Assembly (NCBI GenBank): GCA_000708835.1
Contig: DF237012.1
Coordinates: 1 to 64,000, forward strand
From: Klebsormidium nitens
Lineage: Eukaryota > Plantae > Klebsormidiophyceae
Reading direction: 5' to 3'
Length of the DNA stretch: 64,000 bases
Of the stretch, positions 57,663 to 64,000 are shown one piece after another (the stretch's first letter is position 1; every line of letters starts with the position of its first letter). A program made the position numbers and the translations under genes. The notes under the pieces are model-generated. The model did not search any database and was not told where the DNA came from. It saw only the letters and a program-made list of their open reading frames with translations.

Positions 57663-60154
57663 CCAACTGGATGATGCAAGATATTGGGTACGTCGTCTAA
57701 ACGGTTGAAACAGCGGGTGTATGTCAACGTTGCTCTCAGTCGTGTACACATGGGTCCGATCCGGACGGTGGTTGCATCATGTTTATCATGAGCCGACGGC
57801 TGAAAGGGCTTGGACCTTGGAGAATAGATTGTGGCCATGCAACCTTGTGCACACGCCCTTGTGGAGCCATCGTTTACTTGAAAGCAGGAATGCTGTTGCA
57901 TTTCACTCTCCCTTCATTTGCACATGATTATAGACGCAGCTTAGAAAACGATCGCCGTCGTAGTGACTTCGTGTCTATTCTGGTACTTGGCGGGGGAAAA
58001 TCAAACGATTCGATTGAACTCGTTATGCAGGGCGTCATCAGTTGATCATTGTGCACTCCGCTCGAGTGCCTCGAGAGTGTTCCGTGGTCTCTTAGCGGAA
58101 GTACTGCATGGCAGATTGAGTCCGTAATAATATCATGAGTTAGTCGAACTTAGGCTCTTCTAGGAAAGTTGATCAACTCTGTTCTGGTCAATAGAAGGAC
58201 AACAAGGAATGTTTTAGATCAGAGTGAAGATCCCTTATCGTGTCGAGCCGAATGCCAGCCGTTTGTACGTCTTACGTCGAGTGAAGTATAATGAAGTGCG
58301 CCACATCGGCGCCAGCCACTCATCGCACTTCATTGGCACCAAAAAGGGGCCTCTCAAGTGTTCATGACGATCCAGCGGCAACCATACAGCACGTATTATG
58401 TGAAACTCAAAGCATTTTCAAAGGTACTGAACAGTGATCTCAAGTCGGCGACTAAAAGATGACTTCCTGAGGCATAATTAGTACCTGGCCTCACAGCCTT
58501 CGCATTCATGCGGGCGCCAATGACAATGAAGTGGATGGATGCCGGCAGGCCAACTATCGAATCTTGATAAACATTAGTGTACGATATGGGCGTTAAGGTT
58601 TCAGGCGAAACGCCACTTCTCATGCGAGTTCCCCCGGCCTTCTTTTTCGGGAGCTCCTGGACGACGTGCAGAGAAACGCTGGACTGGCCCGTAATCAGGT
58701 TGCAAGGCCTTGAATACAGTTGAGTTTAGCTAGGTAAGAGATTCGAGGAGGTTTTGCCTATGGCCCGCCTTGAAGTTTGAGCAATCAACTGCGAGCAAAC
58801 GAGCACAAGCTCATCCGAAAATTGCACGGGCGATGAACAAATGTGGCACGCATTGCTCAATGATGCGTTGCCACGTGTGTCAGAACCTTGAAGAAAATGA
58901 TGAGTCTCGCCCGTTTAAGACTCTGAAACTAGCATGGCCGGGCTTAGCTCATCAGCAAATTTGGGCCTTGCAGACCACGACCGTGCCAGGAATCGGTCCG
59001 AGGTTTATTGACACGCTTGACCGTCGGATGGACTGATTGATCCTCAATCGACAGAGAATGGTCGCCCAAGTTTCAGCTGCCACGTGTCGGGCGATTCAAC
59101 CAGGGGGGATCCCCCAAAGTCGGCCGGATGCGTGACAGTACGGCGCCGTGCCCTTCGAAGTCATTCAAAGTCACTGAGGGGACTCGATCCTCAAGCCTAA
59201 GGCTCCCATCTGACGGATTGGCAGCCACAGGTCACGATTTACGCCACACGTTATGTGACGTAGTTATCGCCGGTGTTGAAGTGTAGTTACCCACCTTGCT
59301 GCATTAACGGTGGCAGACGTTGCTTGTAGATGACTAGTATCCGAAGAACAGATGTTTGAAGTTTGTACTCAATTAAATTCTGTGTTGACACCCTTCGGGC
59401 CCATGTCAGTTTTCGACTCCGACTCGCTACGGTCCTATGACAATAAATGTAACAAACATTACCTGAGGCGCATAGTTGTGAGTCCTAGCTTCTTTCCTGT
59501 TTAGCTCAGAAAGCAATTATGGAAGGAGGTTGCTTCCGATTGCGTCCAATCGATATCGTGAGGCCCGGGTGAATGCCAGTTGAGATGCAGCTACTCTTCA
59601 TCCCTCATACACGCGTGGGCGTGCAATCAAGAGTGCATAACATATTCTGATTCAAAGGAATCTGCTAATGTCAGTGGCATATAGGTCGATCGACCGCCCT
59701 TCAAAATGATAGATATCATTAGCACTTATCACGGACTTCGATTGGCAGAAGTCTGGAAATGCATTGAGCTAGTATTCGAACACGTTCATCTGGACTATCA
59801 CTTTTCCTCTTGAACGCGCATGACGCTCAAGTTCTATTACGAGCCTAAGACCGCATGGAATTGAGATTCTGTCCATGTAACCAAACTTTATTCAATAACG
59901 ACATCTTCTGATCATGAGCTTTCCGTCGCTCGTGTAGTCATGCGCTGATACGTATGTGCAAAGAAACCGGACGAGGTTTACTGCCAAAAATTCCAACATT
60001 CCGGTACTCTTATCTCCTGCAAAGGAGGTCGGACCCTGTTTCCTTCACTGCGCTTCACATCCTTAATCTTCTAACCTAAAACTCGACGCTCCAGCGACTG
60101 TGTCTGCTTATAGTCAGATTACTTCTCAGGTCCCAGTCTTCGAATCTACTCTGT

Positions 60155-63100
60155 CTATTGTTCCTGGACGTCTGGCGCAGTCGTATCTGTATAACCACCC
60201 TGCTTGTTGGCCCACTCTGTCTTCTTCATTGCATCTGGATCGCCGGGCCCCTTGTCCTGTGCCTCCTTTGCACCCTTCCTGCACCATAATGACCAATGTA
60301 AACAAGTGTCGCAGACGGAATGTGTATTTACTGAACAAAATTCAGAGCTTAACAGGTTTTCAGAGACTTACAGATAAATTCAAATACTGCTTTGTCAAAT
60401 CAATTGATTAACCTGCTAACTCCACACGTAAGAATGTGACGTGCGAGTTTTGTCAAAACGCCATGGTCAAACAACCTCAGCCCTTCAAAAGCAATGTGCG
60501 TCAAGATGAATTTGTCTCCCAACATTCAAAAGCATGTCCACACATGATTGAATTGACATTCCAATCCCAAATAGTGTAGCAGAACTTCCTACAGGAGATT
60601 ATAAGGCACTTATATAAGACACTGTTGAACAAAATAAAATGCAGCACAGAAAATATTCCTGGACAGACTCCAGAGAATGGTGAAGACTTGTCGGCCAAAA
60701 CTGCTTTGCTCAAGTGTACTCTCCACAGATGATTGTGATCATTCACAGTCCTCTAAAACAAGGCAGATTGAAAGAGGACACACCTGAACTCAAAATATGC
60801 AGCCGCCTTGGCCGCTGCTTCGGCTTGCGCCTCGTCTGTGTGACCCCCTAGCTCCTCGCTCTCCCTAACTTTCTCATGCTGTGCTGTGTGCGTGTCCTTT
60901 TCCTGCACATCGAAACTGCGTTTTGTTGTTGTGGATTGCAATTTGCCTCAAGTCCCTGCACAGCTGTTGATTGGAAAAAGCTTTTTCCAATGTTTTTTAT
61001 TGCTGAAAACTTAGTACTATATCCCCTAAGCATCATGGCGACTGAGTGCACCTTTTCGGTCAAGATTAGATTTGAGAAGCAGACAGTGGTTCCGAGTTCT
61101 TTTCGCTTTGCTTCTCAAAATTACCTTGAGATTTGCAAGTTGTCACCACCAATTTCGAAATCTCTCTGGGAAAAACACATGTTTCGAATAAGAATAAGGA
61201 CTTTATTCCAGCATCTCCGAGGATTTCCTAGACACATAGTGTGTACTGAGCACAAATTAAACATCTTTCAATGGGTGAAGGGCAGGAACGAAGACGGTAA
61301 GATTGAGTAACCCGCTGCAATGCAAGTTATTGGTTGCACATATTGCCAGAGGGCTTTCTACCTCAAATTTTGAGTGCGCAGAGTTTGCAAAAAGGGCAGC
61401 TAGCTTCTGCATGCAAGCCGGCTTATACACTGTATAAGTGTTGACCAAAGATTCTGATAACAGTTTCAGAACTTTACAAACTGACACCTTAGCTCAAACT
61501 TGCAAATGGGTGCATTACTGCTTATTCTCAGCGCGACATGCACAAACAGACAAGGTCGTGCGCATAGTTTTTGCTCACATGGTCTTTCTGCCGCGTGTCT
61601 GCTTCCGGAAACTTGTCCCCAGGCGTGCGCTCCACCTTTTCTTGATAGCTGGCTGCGTTTCCCTCCATTCTCGCTGATGTGAAAAGATTAGAAAAGTGTC
61701 CGCTGCAGACTGTGCTCTGACTAGTGGGACCCTTAAGTTGAACTTCCAAAATGTCAATCCTTTGCCTTGTGAGCTTGAGATTGCGGATCACAGCCGCCCT
61801 GAGAGCCCCTGGCAGTACACTTGTCATCAAGAGCTGCTTGAGATTGTTCGAATTGACAATCCTCGCTTCAGAAACCTCTCTCAATCACAATGCTGATAGT
61901 AAGCACACTCCAAGGAAGCACTTTGCTAAGAGCAATACAGCAGATTTGGAAAGGAGAAGTCGGCGCCAGTTCAGCTCAAAATTCCTGTGCTTTTGAGTGA
62001 AGATCTTCTCTCCAGAACGCAAGCTTGCGCAAGTTGCAGGTCTGACATCCATTGGCATAGGCCAGCTGTTCTGCATGCATGCAGCGCAGCGCTGTGTCGA
62101 GTCAGCCAGGGATGGAACCATTTCGTCTAGCGTCAATTGCGCTTAGTCGTCGATAAAGCGACCACATGGTAAGTGACAAAGGTAAACCGTTGATAAAGAT
62201 TGGCCCCGTTCGCCACCACCGATGGATCGGCTCTCATGCCCCGCAATGTGACATGTGGACATGGACTCTATTCATATTCATAAGTGAAGCTTTGGAGCTT
62301 TCTTGCACCTTTTGAAGCATAACTTCAATAAGTCTTACTTCTGGCAACGAGCTGAAAGGAATTCGACAGTGGATGAGAGGTTGAGACGTGTGAAGAGCCA
62401 GTTGGAAGAGCCCGGGCACCTTTTCAATATTCTTGGTCAGAGGGGTTGTACCAGCACGATATTGTGCTTGAAGGTGCAGTGTGCAGCTTGCAGGTACTTC
62501 TCTGCATAATAATGCTGGAGTGGCCATGAATATATTTCACCGCTCAAGTTCATTGGTCAAGTAGACTCCTATTCTAGCATGAGATACTGTGATCATGGCG
62601 GCACTTAGATTACGGGCTAGGTTACCGCATGAGTACGTCCGTCTGATCATATGAACAAAATTTCTCGCCAACCCTGAAGCTCACTTGCGCCAAGTTGCAG
62701 CCTGGGTGCTGAAAGTGCGATCTGTACAGACGTTGCAGGCCTGCACCTCAAACCTGTCAAGCCTCCGCTTCATGTCCAGGAAGGATCCAAGTATTTGATG
62801 ACGTAAGCTAGAACTCTGCCCCAATACCAGTAGCAGAGGCCCGGGCCAAAGATCAAGCAGTGAGCAAGTCAACGTTGGAGAGCGCTCGTGAACGTGTTTT
62901 TATAAGTACCAAAATGACAGGGAACCTGGAGAAACGCTCGTCGGCGCAAATCTTGGAACGTGCGCAAAGGCGGCTTCCTAAGAATGAGTCGGAGATTGCT
63001 AGAGTGGTGACGTATATAAAGGAGATGGAGTGTGAGATCGATCGTTTAACTGAACAGGGGGCGGCCGAGAACTCTGAGAGAATTCAGCACTTGAAGAAGA

Positions 63101-63600
63101 GGATCTTGATCAATACCGAGCGTTTGTCCATCTTACAGGAATTGGGAGAGGCTCTATCTTTGCAAGTTCGGCTTTCAACACATCGTTCAGCAGATGTTGT
63201 CCCACCTGCTGCGGAGCAGCTGATCCCAGAAAGACCCGCAGCATCTTCATGTGTCCGGAGAAGGCGTGCTGTGCCAATCTGAAAAGGAGAAGGTCTCCAA
63301 GTTGACGTTCTTTGTGATCGACTTTGACCTTCACAATAGAAGATTTACCAAGCGCAGGGAGTGGGGAGTCTGTGTAGACTCGGAGGTACTCGTCGGTCAA
63401 ATTTGTCCGATTCTGTGGAAGCTGCCCTGAATTATCGGAGATCCATCGTAATCTATGCTTAAAGACGCCTGCTTGTAGGAAGCAGAGGATCAACCCCAGT
63501 CGGCTACATGCATTTTTGGATTCAATCTGAGCATTAATTTTATCGTAGTAATGAACTTACTCATGATACGGTACTCGTCAGCACGACTCAGTAAGCTCGA
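60155..63600 (-). CDS. Unidentified multi-exon gene, probably continuing beyond the right edge of the window
   Basis: A series of open minus-strand segments bounded by plausible AG/GT sites, e.g. 63139-63471 (GVFKHRLRW...LLNDVLKAELAKIEPLPIP|gtaaga), about 61935-62070 (NSWPMPMD...FELNWRRLLLSK) and a putative last exon 60155-60278 (KGAKEAQD...DVQEQ*). I could not assemble a full model or recognise a domain. Confidence 0.35.
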
Positions 63601-64000
63601 TCTAGCTGGATCTGCGGTCGTTCAATCGCTGAATTTGCGCTCTGCAATTACATGGATGAGTGACTATGGACAAAGTCGATCACAGTTCCATACCTATCAT
63701 ATGCATGCCCTTCATATTAAGCAGTCATTGTAAATATAGTGAAGAGGTAGGCTGGCCATCATCGTTCAATGATGCATCATGCTGCACACAGAGGCCACGT
63801 AGTCATTGAAAACGACGTGGCGTATGCTCACAGGCTAGGACACTGTTAGTATAGTTGAACGCTCTACCATACTAAAGCTCGGCGGCTGGACATGACTGCT
63901 GCTGTGCGCCGCGCAGACTCCGAGATATAGACTAATTGATGATTAAGAATAAAGTTACACGTACAGCCAAGCTAAAGACTTGTGTAACCCATGGCCGGCC

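Noticed and set aside
62860-63282. Plus-strand 140-aa coiled-coil-like ORF
   Set aside because: Its E/K/R richness is explained as the complement of a pyrimidine-rich minus-strand intron; it lacks good donor signals and overlaps a better minus-strand exon.

Overview
Eukaryotic, intron-rich nuclear DNA from a flagellated green-lineage organism. It has GT-AG introns with a CTGAC/CTAAC-type branch motif, GC3-rich exons, a starch-metabolism gene and a flagellar gene; a Klebsormidium-like streptophyte alga is my inference, not a proven identity. Five spliced genes can be rebuilt in frame by hand: an RKD-type RWP-RK transcription factor (-, 679-4320), a PI-specific phospholipase C (-, 15397-24598), DPE2 4-alpha-glucanotransferase (+, 25439-35804), a type II membrane SGNH/GDS-DxxH protein (-, 37495-42667) and flagellar DRC3/LRRC48 (-, 47091-52771). 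Less certain are a 607-aa low-complexity ORF, a small SAND-like gene and an unidentified minus-strand gene at the right edge. A gene-free block at about 4.4-14.6 kb holds a complete 515-bp hAT-type MITE (16-bp TIR, 8-bp TSD) and a TpA/GTAC-enriched, palindrome-dense domain. The most striking pattern is that introns in all five genes contain degenerate tandem copies of their own splice junction plus adjacent exon sequence, acting as decoy acceptors or donors. This suggests a recurrent intron-expansion process that works only if splicing picks the one copy that is part of a complete exon. All counts and alignments were done by eye. No rRNA, tRNA or CRISPR array was seen.
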